64,000 bases of DNA from Eledone cirrhosa (Eukaryota), in contig OZ024743.1 in the NCBI GenBank assembly GCA_964016885.1, positions 205,654,001 through 205,718,000 on the forward strand, given 5' to 3'. Under the pieces are notes generated by a model. It had not been told where the DNA came from. It saw only the letters and a program-made list of their open reading frames with translations, and did no database searches. A program made the position numbers and the translations under genes. Positions 28,501 to 43,500 of this stretch are shown here, piece after piece. The first letter of the stretch is position 1. Each line of letters begins with the position of its first letter.

Positions 28501-31500
28501 TATCTCCCTTTGGACGGCTGGAAATTATAGCTGCTTGTAGGGCTGGAAATTATCTCCCCTTGGACGGCTGGAAATTATCTCCCCTTGATTTTTTTTTACA
28601 AATATCTCCCCTTGGCTGCCTGGAAATTATCTCCCCTTGGCAGGCTGGAAATGATCTCCCCTTGGACGGCTGGAAATTATCTCCCCTTGGACGCCTAGAA
28701 ATTACCTCTCCTTGGACAGCTGTAAATTATCTCCCCTTGGACGGCTGGAAATTATCTCGCCTTGGACGGCTGGAAATTATCTCTCCTTGATTTTGTATAC
28801 AAATTATCTCCCCCTGATTTTTTTTTACAAATTATCTGCCCCTGATTATTTTTTTACAAATTAGCTCCGCCTGATTTTTTTTAAAAATTATCTCCCCTTG
28901 GACGGCTGGAAATTATCTCCCCTTGGACGGCTGGAAATTATCTCCCCTTGAACGGCTAGAAATTACCTCTCCTTGGACGGCTGAAAATGATCTCCCCTTG
29001 GACGGCTGGAAATTATCGCCCCCTGATTTTTTTTAACAAATTATCTCCACCTGATTTTTTTTACAAATCATCTCCGCCTGATTTTTTTAAGAAATTATCT
29101 CCCTTGGCTTGCTGGAAATTATCTTCCCTTGGACGGCTAGAAATTACCTCTCCTTGGACGGCTGGAAATTATGTCTCCTTGGACGGCTGGAAATTATCTC
29201 CCCTTGGACGGCTGGAAATTATCTCCCCTTGGACGGCTGGAAATTATCTCCCCTTGATTTTTTTTACTAATTATCTTACCCTGAATTTTTTTTACAAATT
29301 ATCTCCGCCTGATTTTTTAAAAAAATTATCTCCCCTTGGCTGGATGGAAATTATCTCCCCTTGGACGGCTGGAAATTATCTCCCCTTGATTTCTTCTACA
29401 AAGTATCTACCCCTGATTTTTTTTTTACAAATTATTTCTCCCTGATTTTTTTTTACAAATATCTCCCCTTGGCTGGCTGGAAATTACCTCCCCTTGGCTG
29501 GCTGGAAATTATCTCCCCCTGATATTTTTTTACAAATTAGCTTCCCCTGATTTTTTTTTACAAATTATCTCCCCCTGATTTTTTTTTACCAATCTACCCC
29601 TGATTTAAAAAAAAAATTATCTCCCCTTCGCTGGCTGGAAATTATCTCCCCTTGGACGGCTAGAAATTACCTCTCCTTGGACGGCTGAAAATTATCTCCC
29701 CTTGGACGGCTGGAAATTATCTCCCCCTGATTTTTTTTAAAAATTATCTCCCCTTGCACGGCTGGAAATTATCTCCCCTTGGACGGCTGGAAATTATCTG
29801 CCCTTGATTTTGTTTTTACAAATTATCTCCCCCTGATTTTTTTTACAAATTATCTCCACCTGATATTTAAAAAAATTATCTCCCCTTGGACGGCTGGAAA
29901 TTATCTCCCCTTGGCTGGAAATTATCTCCCCTTCGCTGGCTGGAAATTATCTCCCCTTGGACGCTGGAAATTATAGCCCCTTGGAGGCTGGAAATTATCT
30001 TCCCTTGGACGGCTGGAAATTATCTCCCCTTGATTTTTTTTACAAATTATCTCCCCCTGATTTTTTTTTACAAATTATCTCCCCCTGATTTTTTTTTTAC
30101 AAATTGTCTCCGCCTGATTTTTTTTTTAAAATTATCTCCCCTTGGACGGCTGGAAATTATCTCCCCTTGGACGGCTGGAAATTATCTCCCCTTGGACGGC
30201 TAGAATTTACCTCTCCTTGGACGGCTGAAAATTATCTCCCCTTGATTTTTTTTACAAATTATCTCCCCCTGATTTTTTTTTTTACAAATTATCTCCCCCT
30301 GATTTTATTTTACATATTATCTACCCCTGATTTTTTTTTACAAATTATCTCCGCCTGATTTTTTTACAAATTATCTCCCCCTGATTTTTTTACAAATTAT
30401 CTCCCCCTGATTTATTTTACAAATTATCTCCGCCTGATTTTTTTAAATATTATCTTCCCTTGGCTGGCGGGAAATAATCTCCCCTTGGACGGCTGGAAAT
30501 TATCTCCCCTTGGAAGGATGGAAATTATCTCCCCTTGGACGGCTGGAAATTATCTCCCCTTGCACGGCTGGAAATTATCTCCCCTTGGACGGCTAGAAAT
30601 TATCTCTCTTTGGACGGCTGGAAATTATCTCCCCTTGATTTTTTTACAAATTATCTCCCCCTGATTTTTTTTACAAATCTCCCAGTGATTTTTTTAAAAA
30701 AATAATCTCCCTTTCGCTGGCTGGAAATTATCTCCCCTTGGACGCTGGAAATTATAGCCCCTTGGAGGGCTGGAAATTATCTTCCCTCGGACGGCTGGAA
30801 ATTATCTCCCCTTGATTTTTTTTACATATTATCTCCCCCTGATTTTTTTTTACAAATTATCTCCCCGATTTTTTTTTACAAATTATCTCCCCCTGATTTT
30901 TTTTTTACAAATTATCTCCGCCTGATTTTTTTAAAAAAATTATCTCCCCTTGGACGGCTGGAAATTATCTACCCTTGAACGGCTGGAAATTATCTCCCCT
31001 TGGACGGCTGGAAATTATTTCCCCTTGATTTTTTTTACAAATTATCTCCCCCTGATTTTTTTTACAAATCTCCCCCTAATTTAAAAATAAATTATCTCCC
31101 CTTCGCTGGCTGGAAATTATCTCCCTTTGGACGGCTCGAAATTATAGCTGCTTGTAGGGCTGGAAATTATCTCCCCTTGGACGGCTGGAAATTATCTCCC
31201 CTTGATTTTTTTTACTAATTATCTACCCCTGATTTTTTTTTACAAATTATCTCCGCCTGATTTTTTTTTAAAAATTATCTCCCTGGATGGAAATTTTCTC
31301 CCCTTGGACGGCTGGAAATTATCTCCCCTTTATGTCTTCTACAAATTATCTACCCCTGATTTTTTTTTTACAAATTATCTCTCCCTGATTTTTTTTACAA
31401 ATATCTCGCCTAGGCTGGCTGGAAATTATCTCCCCTTGGCTGACTGGAAATTATCTCCCCTTGGACGGCTGGAAATTATCTCCCCTTGGACGCCTAGAAA

Positions 31501-34500
31501 TTACCTCTCCTTGGACAGCTGTAAATTATCTCCCCTTGGACGGCTGTAAATTATCTCCCCTTGGACGGCTGGAAATTATCTCCCCTTGATTTTGTATACA
31601 AATTATCTCCCCCTGATTTTTTTTTACAAATTATCTGCCCCTGATTATTTTTTTACAAATTAGCAACGCCTGATTTTTTTAAAAAATTATCTCCCCTTGG
31701 ACGGCTGGAAATTATCTCCCCTTGGACGGCTGGAAATTATCTCCCCTTGAACGGCTAGAAATTACCTCTCTTTGGACGGCTGAAAATTATCTCCCCTTGG
31801 ACGGCTGGAAATTATCTCCCCTTGAATTTTTTACAAATTATCTCCCCCTTATTTTTTTTTACAAATTATCTCCCCCTGATTTTTTTTTACAAATTATCTA
31901 CCCCTGCTTTTTTTTCCAGATTATCTCCCCCTGATTTTTTTTTACAAATTATCTCCCCCTGTTTTTTTTTACAAATTATTTCCCCCTGATTTTTTTACAA
32001 ATTATCTCCCCCTGATTTTTTTTACAAATTATCTCCGCCTGATTTTTTTAAATATTATCTTCCCTTGGCTGGCGGGAAATTATCTCCCCTTGGACGCCTG
32101 GAAATTATCTCCCCTTGGAAGGATGGAAATTATCTCCCCTTGGACGGCTGGAAATTATCTCCCCTTGCACTGCTGGAAATTATCTCCCCTTGGACGGCTG
32201 GAAATTATCTGCCCTTGATTTTGTTTTTACAAATTATCTTCCCCTGATTTTTTTTACAAATTATCTCCACCTGATTTTTTAAAAAATTATCTCCCCTTGG
32301 ACGGCTGGAAATTATCTCCCCTTGGCTGGAAATTATCTCCCCTTGGACGGCTAGAAATTATCTCTCTTTGGACGGCTGTAAATTATCTCCCCTTGATTTT
32401 TTTACAAATTATCTCTCCCTGATTTTTTTTACAAATCTCCCAATGATTTTTTAAAAAAATTATCTCCCCTTCGCTGGCTGGAAATTATCTCCCCTTGGAC
32501 GCTGGAAATTATAGCCCCTTGGAGGGCTGGAAGTTATCTTCCCTTGGAGGGCTGGAAATTATCTTCCCTTGGACGGCTGGAAATTATCTCCCCTTGATTT
32601 TTTTTACAAATTATCTCCCACTGATTTTTTTTTACAAATTATCTCCCCCTGATTTTTTTTTTACAAATTATCTCCGCCTGATTTTTTTTAAAAATTATCT
32701 CCCCTTGGACGGCTGGAAATTATCTCCCCTTGGACGGCTGGAAATTATATCCCCTTGGACGGCTAGAAATTACCTCTCCTTGGACGGCTGAAAATTATCT
32801 CCCCCTGATTTTTTTTTACAAATTATCTCCCCCTGATTTTTTTTTACAAATTATCTCCCCCTGATTTTTTTACAAATTATCTCCCCTTGGCTGGCTGGAA
32901 ATTATCTCCCCTTGGAGGCTGGAATTTATCTCCCCTTGGAGGGCTGGAAATTATCTCCCCTTGGACGGCTAGAAATTACCTCTCCTTGGACGGCTGGAAA
33001 TTATCTCCCCTTGAACGGCTGGAAATTATTTCCCCTTGGACGGCTGGAAATTATCTCCCCTTGAACGGCTGGAAATTATCTCCCCTTGGACGGCTAGAAA
33101 TTACCTCTCCTTGGACGGCTGGAAATTATCTCCCCTTGGACGGCTGGAAATTATCTCCCCTTGGACGGCTGGAAATTATTTCCCCTTGATTTTTTTTACA
33201 AATTATCTCTCCCTGATTTTTTTTACAAATATCCCCCTAATTTAAAAAAAAATTATCTCCCCTTCGCTGGCTGGACATTATCTCCCTTTGGACGGCTGGA
33301 AATTATAGCTGCTTGTCGGGCTAGAAATTATCTCCCCTTGGACGGCTGGAAATTATCTCCCCTTGATTTTTTTTACTAATTATCTACCCCTGATTTTTTT
33401 TTACAAATTATCTCCGCCTGATTTTTTTTTTAAAATTATCTCCCCTTGGCTGGATGGAAATTTTCTCCCCTTGGACGGCTGGAAATTATCTCCCCTTGAT
33501 GTCTTCTACAAATTATCTACCCCTGATTTTTTTTTTACAAATCATCTCTCCCTGATTTTTTTAACAAATATCTCCCCTTGGCTGGCTGGAAATTATCTCC
33601 CCTTGGCTGGCTGGAAATTATCTCCCCTTGGACGGCTGGAAATTATCTCCCCTTGGACGCCTAGAAATTACCTCTCCTTGGACAGCTGTAAATTATCTCC
33701 CCTTGGACGGCTGGAAATTCTCTCGCCTTGGACGGCTGGAAATTATCTCCCCTTGGACGGCTATAAATTATCTCTCCTTCGACGGCTGGAAATTATCTCC
33801 CCTTGATTTTTTTACAAATTATCTCCCCCTGATTTTTTTTTACCAATCTACCCCTGATTTAAAAAAAAAATTATCTCCTCTTCGCTAGCTGGAAATTATC
33901 TCCCCTTGGACGGCTGGAAATTATCTCCCCTTGATTTATTTTACAAATTATCTACCCTGATTTTTTTACAAATTATCTCCCCCTGATTTTTTTTTACAAA
34001 TTATCTCCCCCTGATTTTTTTTTTACAAATTATCTCCGCCTGATTTTTTTAAAATTATCTCCCCTTGGCTGGATGGAAATTATCTCCCCTTGGACGGCTG
34101 GAAATTATCTCCCCTTGCACGGCTGGAAATTATCTTCCCTTGGACGGCTAGAAATTACCTCTCCTTGGACGGCTGAAAATTATCTCCCCTTGGACGGCTG
34201 GAAATTATCTCCCCCTGATTTTTTTTACAAATTATCTCCCCTTGCACGGCTGGAAATTATCTCCCCTTGGACGGCTGGAAATTATCTGCCCTTGATATTG
34301 TTTTTACAAATTATCTCCCCCTGATTTTTTTTACAAATTATCTCCACCTGATATTTTAAAAAATTATCTCCCTTGGACGGGTGGAAATTATCTCCCCTTG
34401 GACGGCTTGAAATTATCTCCCCTTGGACGGCTAGAAATTACCTCTCCTTGGACGGCTGAAAATTATCTCCCCTTGATTTTTTTTACAAATTATCTCCCCC

Positions 34501-37500
34501 TGATTTTTTTTTTTACAAATTATCTCCCCCTGATTTTATTTTACATATTATCTACCCCTGATTTTTTTTTACAAATTATCTCCACCTGATCTTTTTTACA
34601 AATTATCTCCCCCTGATTTTTTTTTTACAAATTATCTCCCCCTGATTTTTTTACAAATTATCTCCCCCTAATTTATTTTACAAATTATCTCCGCCTGATT
34701 TTTTTAAATATTAACTTCCCTTGGCTGGCGGGAAATAATCTCCCCTTGGAAGGATGGAAATTATCTCCCCTTGGACGGCTGGAAATTATCTCCCCTTGCA
34801 CGGCTGGAAATTATCTCCCCTTGGACGGCTGGAAATTATCTCCCCTTGGCTGGAAATTATCTCCCCTTGGACGGCTAGAAATTATCTCTCTTTGGACGGC
34901 TGGAAATTATCTCCCCTTGATTTTTTTTACAAATTATCTCCCCCTGATTTTTTTTACAAATCTCCCAGTGATTTTTAAAAAAAAATTATCTCCCTTTCGC
35001 TGGCTGGAAATTATCTCCCCTTGGACGCTGGAAATTATAGCCCCTTGGAGGGCTGGAAATTATCTTCCCTTGGACGGCTGGAAATTATCTCCCCTTGATT
35101 TTTTTTACATATTATCTCCCCCTGATTTTTTTTTACAAATTATCTCCCCGATTTTTTTTTACAAATTATCTCCCCCTGATTTTTTTTTTACAAATTATCT
35201 CCGTCTGATTTTTTTTTTAAATTATCTCCCCTTGGACGGCTGGAAATTATCTCCCCTTGGACGGCTGGAAATTATCTCCCCTTGGACGGCTAGAAATTAC
35301 CTCTCCTTGGACGGCTGAAAATTATCTCCCCTTGGACGGCTGGAAATTATCTCCCCTTGATTTTTTTTACAAATTATCTCCCCCTGATTTTTTTTTACAA
35401 ATTATCTCCCCCTGATTTTTTTTTTATAAATTATCTCCCCCTGATTTTTTTTACAAATTATCTCCCCCTGATTTTTTTACAAATTATCTCCCCTTGGCTG
35501 GCTGGAAATTATCTCCCCTTGGAGGCTGGAATTTATCTCCCCTTGGACGGCTGGAAATTATCTCCCCTTGGACGGCTAGAAATTACCTCTCCTTGGACGG
35601 CTGGAAATTATCTCCCCTTGAACGGCTGGAAATTATCTCCCCTTGGACGGCTGGAAATTATCTCCCCTTGGACGGCTGGAAATTATCTCCCCTTGGATGG
35701 CTAGAAATTACCTCTCCTTGGACGGCTGGAAATTATCTCCCCTTGGACAGCTGGAAATTATCTCCCCTTGGACGGCTGGAAATTATTTCCCCTTGATTTT
35801 TTTTTTCAAATTATCTCCCCCTGATTTTTTTTACAAATCTCCCCCTAATTTAAAAAAAAATTATCTCCCCTTCGCTGGCTGGAAATTATCTCCCTTTGGA
35901 CGGCTGGAAATTATAGCTGCTTGTAGGGCTAGAAATTATCTCCCCTTGGACGGCTGGAAATTATCTCCCCTTGATTTTTTTTACTAATTATCTCCCCCTG
36001 ATTTTTTTTTACAAATATCTCCCCTTGGCTGCCTGGAAATTATCTCCCCTTGGCAGGCTGGAAATGATCTCCCCTTGGACGGCTGGAAATTATCTCCTCT
36101 TGGACGCCTAGAAATTACCTCTCCTTGGACAGCTGTAAATTATCTCCCCTTGGACGGCTGGAAATTATCTCGCCTTGGACGGCTGGAAATTATCTCCCCT
36201 TGATTTTGTATACAAATTATCTCCCCCTGATTTTTTTTTACAAATTATCTGCCCCTGATTATTTTTTTACAAATTAGCTCCGCCTGATTTTTTTTTAAAA
36301 TTATCTCCCCTTGGACGGCTGGAAATTATCTCCCCTTGGACGGCTGGAAATTATCTCCCCTTGAACGGCTAGAAATTACCTCTCCTTGGACGGCTGAAAA
36401 TTATCTCCCCTTGGACGGCTGGAAATTATCGCCCCCTGATTTTTTTTAACAAATTATCTCCACCTGATTTTTTTTACAAATCATCTCCGCCTGATTTTTT
36501 TAGAAAATTATCTCCCTTTCGCTGGCTGGAAATTATCTCCCCTTGGACGCTGGAAATTATAGCCCCTTGGACGGCTGGAAATTATCTCCCCTTGATTTTT
36601 TTTACATATTATCTCCCCCTGATTTTTTTTTACGAATTATCTCCCCGATTTTTTTTTACAAATTATCTCCCCCTGATTTTTTTTTACAAATTATCTCCGC
36701 CTGATTTTTTTAAAAAAATTATCTCCCCTTGGACGGCTGGAAATTATCTCCCCTTGAACGGCTGGAAATTATCTCCCCTTGGACGGCTGGAAATTATCTC
36801 CCCTTGGACGGCTGGAAATTATCTCCCCTTGGACGGCTAGAAATTACCTATCCTTGGACGGCTGGAAATTATCTCCCCTTGGACGGCTGGAAATTATCTC
36901 CCCTTGGACGGCTGGAAATTATTTCCCCTTGATTTTTTTTACAAATTATCTCCCCCTGATTTTTTTTACAAATCTCCCCCTAATTTAAAAAAAAATTATC
37001 TCCCCTTCGCTGGCTGGAAATTATCTCCCTTTGGACGGCTGGAAATTATAGCTGCTTGTAGGGCTGGAAATTATCTCCCCTTGGACGGCTGGAAATTATC
37101 TCCCCTTTATGTCTTCTACAAATTATCTACCCTTGATTTTTTTTTTACAAATTATCTCCGCCTGATTTTTTTTTACAAATTATCTGCGCCTGATTTTTTT
37201 TTACAAATTAGCTCCGCCTGATTTTTTAAAAAATTATCTCCCCTTGGACGGCTGGAAATTATCTCCCCTTGGACGGCTAGAAATTATCTCTCTTTGGACG
37301 ACTGGAAATTATCTCCCCTTGGACGGCTGCAAATTATCTCCCCTTGATTTTTTTTACAAATTATCTCCCCCTGATTTTTTTTACAAATTATCTCCCCCTG
37401 ATTTTTTTTTACAAATTATCTACCCCTGATTTTTTTACAAATTATCTCCCCCTGATTTTTTTTTACAAATTATCTCCCCCTGATTTTTTTTACAAATTAT

Positions 37501-40500
37501 CTCCCCCTGATTTTTTTTTACAAATTATCTCCCCCTGATTTTTTTACAAATTATCTCCCCCTGATTTTTTTTTACAAATTATCTCCCCTTGATTTTTTTT
37601 TTTTTACAAATTATCTCCGCCTGATTTTTTTTAAATTATCTCCCCTTGGCTGGATGGAAATTATCTCCCCTTGGACGGCTGGAAATTATCTTCCCTTGGA
37701 CGGCTAGAAATTACCTCTCCTTGGACGGCTGAAAATTATCTCCCCTTGGACGGCTGGAAATTATCTCCCCCTGATTTTTTTTACAAATTATCTCCCCTTG
37801 CACGGCTGGAAATTATCTCCCCTTGGACGGCTGGAAATTATCTGCCCTTGATTTTGTTTTTACAAATTATCTCCCCCTGATTTTTTTTACAAATTATCTC
37901 CACCTGATATTTTAAAAAATTATCTCCCCTTGGACGGCTGGAAATTATCTCCCCTTGGCTGGAAATTATCTCCCCTTGGACGGCTAGAAATTATCTCTCT
38001 TTGGACGGCTGGAAATTATCTCCCCTTGATTCTTTTTACAAATTATCTCCCCCTGATTTTTTTTACAAATCTCCCAGTGATTTTTTAAAAAAAATTATCT
38101 CCCCTTCGCTGGCTGGAAATTATCTCCCCTTGGACGCTGGAAATTATAGCCCCTTGGACGCTGGAAATTATCTTCCCTTGGACGGCTGGAAATTATCTCC
38201 CCTTGATTTTTTTACAAATTATCTCCCCCTGATTTTTTTTTACAAATTATCTCCCCCTGATTTTTTTTTTACAAATTATCTCCCCTTGGACGGGTGGAAA
38301 TTATCTCCCCTTGATTTTTTTACAAATTATCTCCCCCTGATTTTTTTTTACCAATCTACCCCTGATTTAAAAAAAAAAATTATCTCCCCTTCGCTGGCTG
38401 GAAATTATCTCCCCTTGGACGGCTTGAAATTATCTCCCCTTGGACGGCTAGAAATTACCTCTCCTTGGACGGCTGAAAATTATCTCCCCTTGATTTTTTT
38501 TACAAATTATCTCCCCCTGATTTTTTTTTTTACAAATTATCTCCCCCTGATTTTATTTTACATATTATCTACCCCTGATTTTTATTTACAAATTATCTCC
38601 ACCTGATCTTTTTTACAAATTATCTCCCCCTGATTTTTTTTTTACAAATTATCTCCCCCTGATTTTTTTACAAATTATCTCCCCCTGATTTTTTTTTCAA
38701 ATTATCTCCGCCTGATTTTTTTAAATATTATCTTCCCTTGGCTGGCGGGAAATTATCTCCCCTTGGACGGCTGGAAATTATCTCCCCTTGGAAGGATGGA
38801 AATTATCTCCCCTTGGACGGCTGGAAATTATCTCCCCTTGCAATGCTGGAAATTATCTCCCCTTGGACGGCTGGAAATTATCTCACCTTGGCTGGAAATT
38901 ATCTCCCCTTGGACGGCTAGAAATTATCTCTCTTTGGACGGCTGGAAATTATCTCCCCTTGATTTTTTTACAAATTATCTCCCCCTGATTTTTTTTACAA
39001 ATCTCCCAGTGATTTTTTTTTAAAAATTATCTCCCCTTCGCTGGCTGGAAATTATCTCCCCTTGGACGCTGGAAATTATAGCCCCTTGGAGGGCTGGAAA
39101 TTATCTTCCCTTGGACGGCTGGAAATTATCTCCCCTTAATTTCTTTTACAAATTATCTCCCCCTGATTTTTTTTTACAAATTATCTCCCCCTGATTTTTT
39201 TTTACAAATTATCTCCCCCTGATTTTTTTTACAACTTATCTCCGCCTGATTTTTTTAAAAAAATTATCTCCCCTTGGACGGCTGGAAATTATCTCCCCTT
39301 GGACGGCTGGAAATTATCTCTCCTTGGACGGCTAGAAATTACCTCTCCTTGGACGGCTGAAAATTATCTCCCCTTGGACGGCTGGAAATTATCTCCCCTT
39401 GATTTTTTTTACAAATTATCTCCCCCTGATTTTTTTTTACAAATTATCTCCCCCTGATTTTTTTTACAAATTATCTCCCCCTGATTTTTTTTTACAAATT
39501 ATCTCCCCCTGATTTTTTTTACAAATTATATCCCCTTGGCTGGCTGGAAATTATCTCCCCTTGAAGGCTGGAATTTATCTCCCCTTGGACGGCTAGAAAT
39601 TACCTCTCCTTGGACGGCTGGAAATTATGTCTCCTTGGACGGTTGGAAATTATCTCCCCTTGGACGGCTGGAAATTATCTCCCCTTCGACGGCTGGAAAT
39701 TATCTCCCCTTGGACGGCTAGATATTACCTCTCCTTGGACGGCTGGAAATTATCTGCCCTTGGACGGCTGGAAATTATCTCCCCTTGGACGGCTGGAAAT
39801 TATTTCCCCTTGATTTTTTTTACAAATTATCTCCCCCTGATTTTTTTTTACAAATCTCCACCTAATTAAAAAAAAATTATCTCCCCTTCGCTGGCTGGAA
39901 ATTATCTTCCTCTGGACGGCTGGAAATTATAGCCGCTTGTAGGGCTGGAAATTATCTCCCCTTGGACGGCTGGAAATTATCTCCCCTTGATTTTTTTTAC
40001 TAAGTATCTCACCCTGATTTTTTTTTACAAATTATCTCCGCCTGATTTTTAAAAAAAAATTATCTCCCCTTGGCTGGATGGAAATTATCTCCCCTTGGAC
40101 GGCTGGAAATTATCTTCCCTTGATTTCTTCTACAAATTATCTACCCCTGATTTTTTTTTTACAAATTATCTCTCCCTGATTTTTTTTTACAAATATCTCC
40201 CCTTCGCTGGCTGACAAATCATCTCCGCCTGATTTTTTTAAAAACTTATCTCCCTTGGCTTGCTTGAAATTATCTCCCCTTGGACGGCTATAAATTATCT
40301 CTCCTTCGACGGCTGGAAATTATCTCCCCTTGATTTTTTTACAAATTATCTCCCCCTGATTTTTTTTTACCAATCTACCCCTGATTTAAAAAAAAATTAT
40401 CTCTCCTTCGCTGGCTGGAAATTATCTCCCCTTGGACGGCTGGAAATTATCTCCCCTTGATTTTTTTTACAAATTATCTACCCTGATTTTTTTACAAATT

Positions 40501-43500
40501 ATCTCCCCCTGATTTTTTTTTACAAATTATCTCCCCCTGATTTTTTTTTTACAAATTATCTCCGCCTGATTTTTTTAAAATTATCTCCCCTTGGCTGGAT
40601 GGAAATTATCTCCCCTTGGACGGCTGGAAATTATCTCCCCTTGCACGGCTGGAAATTATCTTCCCTTGGACGGCTAGAAATTACCTCTCCTTGGACGGCT
40701 GAAAATTATCTCCCCTTGGAAGGCTGGAAATTATCTCCCCCTGATTTTTTTTACAAATTATCTCCCCTTGCACGGCTGGAAATTATCTCCCCTTGGACGG
40801 CTGGAAATTATCTGCCCTTGATTTTGTTTTTACAAATTATCTCCCCCTGATTTTTTTTACAAATTATCTCCACCTGATATTTTAAAAAATTATCTCCCCT
40901 TGGACGGCTGGAAATTATCTCCCCTTGGCTGGAAATTATCTCCCCTTGGACGGCTAGAAATTATCTCTCTTTGGACGGCTGGAAATTATCTCCCCTTGAT
41001 TCTTTTTACAAATTATCTCCCCCTGATTTTTTTTACAAATCTCCCCCTAATTTAAAAAAAAATTATCTCCCCTTCGCTGGCTGGAAATTATCTCCCCTTG
41101 GACGCTGAAAATTATAGCCCCTTGGAGGCTGGAAATTATCTTCCCTTGGACGGCTGGAAATTATCTCCCCTTGATTTTTTTACAAATTATCTCCCCCTGA
41201 TTTTTTTTTACAAATTATCTCCCCCTGATTTTTTTTTTACAAATTATCTCCCCTTGGACGGGTGGAAATTATCTCCCCTTGGACGGCTTGAAATTATCTC
41301 CCCTTGGACGGCTAGAAATTACCTCTCCTTGGACGGCTGAAAATTATCTCCCCTTGATTTTTTTTACAAATTATCTCCCCCTGATTTTTTTTTTTACAAA
41401 TTATCTCCCCCTGATTTTATTTTACATATTATCTACCCCTGATTTTTTTTTACAAATTATCTCCACCTGATCTTTTTTACAAATTATCTCCCCCTGATTT
41501 TTTTTTTACAAATTATCTCCCCCTGATTTTTTTACAAATTATCTCCCCCTAATTTATTTTACAAATTATCTCCGCCTGATTTTTTTAAATATTATCTTCC
41601 CTTGGCTGGCGGGAAATAATCTCCCCTTGGACGGCTGGAAATTATCTCCCCTTGGAAGGATGGAAATTATCTTCCCTTGGACGGCTGGAAATTATCTCCC
41701 CTTGCACGGCTGGAAATTATCTCACCTTGGACGGCTGGAAATTATCTCCCCTTGGCTGGAAATTATCTCCCCTTGGATGGCTAGAAATTATCTCTCTTTG
41801 GACGGCTGGAAATTATCTCCCCTTGATTTTTTTTACAAATTATCTCCCCCTGATTTTTTTACAAATCTCCCAGTGATTTTTAAAAAAAAATTATCTCGCT
41901 TTCGCTGGCTGGAAATTATCTCCCCTTGGACGCTGGAAATTATAGCCCCTTGGAGGGCTGGAAATTATCTTCCCTTGGACGGCTGGAAATTATCTCCCCT
42001 TGATTTTTTTTACATATTATCTCCCCCTGATTTTTTTTACAACTTATCTCCGCCTGATTTTTTTAAAAAAATTATCTCCCCTTGGACGGCTGGAAATTAT
42101 CTCCCCTTGGACGGCTGGAAATTATCTCTCCTTGGACGGCTAGAAATTACCTCTCCTTGGACGGCTGAAAATTATCTCCCCTTGGACGGCTGGAAATTAT
42201 CTCCCCTTGATTTTTTTTACAAATTATCTCCCCCTGATTTTTTTTTACAAATTATCTCCCCCTGATTTTTTTTACAAATTATATTCCCTTGGCTGGCTGG
42301 AAATTATCTCCCCTTGGAGGCTGGAATTTATCTCCCCTTGGACGGCTAGAAATTACCTCTCCTTGGATGGCTGGAAATTATGTCTCCTTGGACGGCTGGA
42401 AATTATCTCCTCTTGGACGGCTGGAAATTATCTCCCCTTGGACGGCTGGAAATTATCTCCCCTTGATTTTGTATACAAATTATCTCCCCCTGATATTTTT
42501 TTACAAATTATCTGCCCCTGATTGTTTTTTACAAATTAGCTCCGCCTGATTTTTTTTAAAAATTATCTCCCCTTGGACGGCTGGAAATTATCTCCCCTTG
42601 GACGGCTGGAAATTATCTCCCCTTGAACGGCTAGAAATTACCTGTCCTTGGACGGCTGAAAATTATCTCCCCTTGGACGGCTGGAAATTATCTCCCCTTG
42701 ATTTTTTACAAATTATCTCCCCCTGATTTTTTTTACAAATTATCTCCCCCTGATTTTTTTTTACAAATTATCTACCCCTGATTTTTTTTACAAATCTCCC
42801 AGTGATTTTTTTAAAAAAATTATCTCCCCTTCGCTGGCTGGAAATTATCTCCCCTTGGACGCTGGAAATTATAGCTCCTTGGAGGGCTGGAAGTTATCTT
42901 TCCTTGGAGGGCTGGAATTTATCTTCCCTTGGACGGCTGGAAATTATCTCCCCTTGATTTTTTTTACAAATTATCTCCCCCTGATTTTTTTTTACAAATT
43001 ATCTCCCCCTGATTTTTTTTTTACAAATTATCTCCGCCTGATTTTTTTAAAAATTATCTCCACTTGGACGGCTGGAAATTATCTCCCCTTGGACGGCTGG
43101 AAATTATCTCCCCTTGGACGGCTAGAAATTACCTCTCCTTGGACGGCTTAAAATTATCTCCCCTTGATTTTTTTTTACAAATTATCTACCCCTGATTTTT
43201 TTTTACAAATTATCTACGCCTGATTTTTTTTTCCAAATTATCTCCCCCTGATTTTTTTTTACAAATTATCTCCCCCTGTTTTTTTTTACAAATTATTTCC
43301 CCCTGATTATTTTACAAATTATCTCCGCCTGATTTTTTTAATTATCTTCCCTTGGCTGGCGGGAAATTATCTCCCCTTGGACGCCTGGAAATTATCTCCC
43401 CTTGGAAGGATGGAAATTATCTCCCCTTGGACGGCTGGAAATTATCTGCACTTGATTTTGTTTTTACAAATTATCTTCCCCTGATTTTTTTTACAAATTA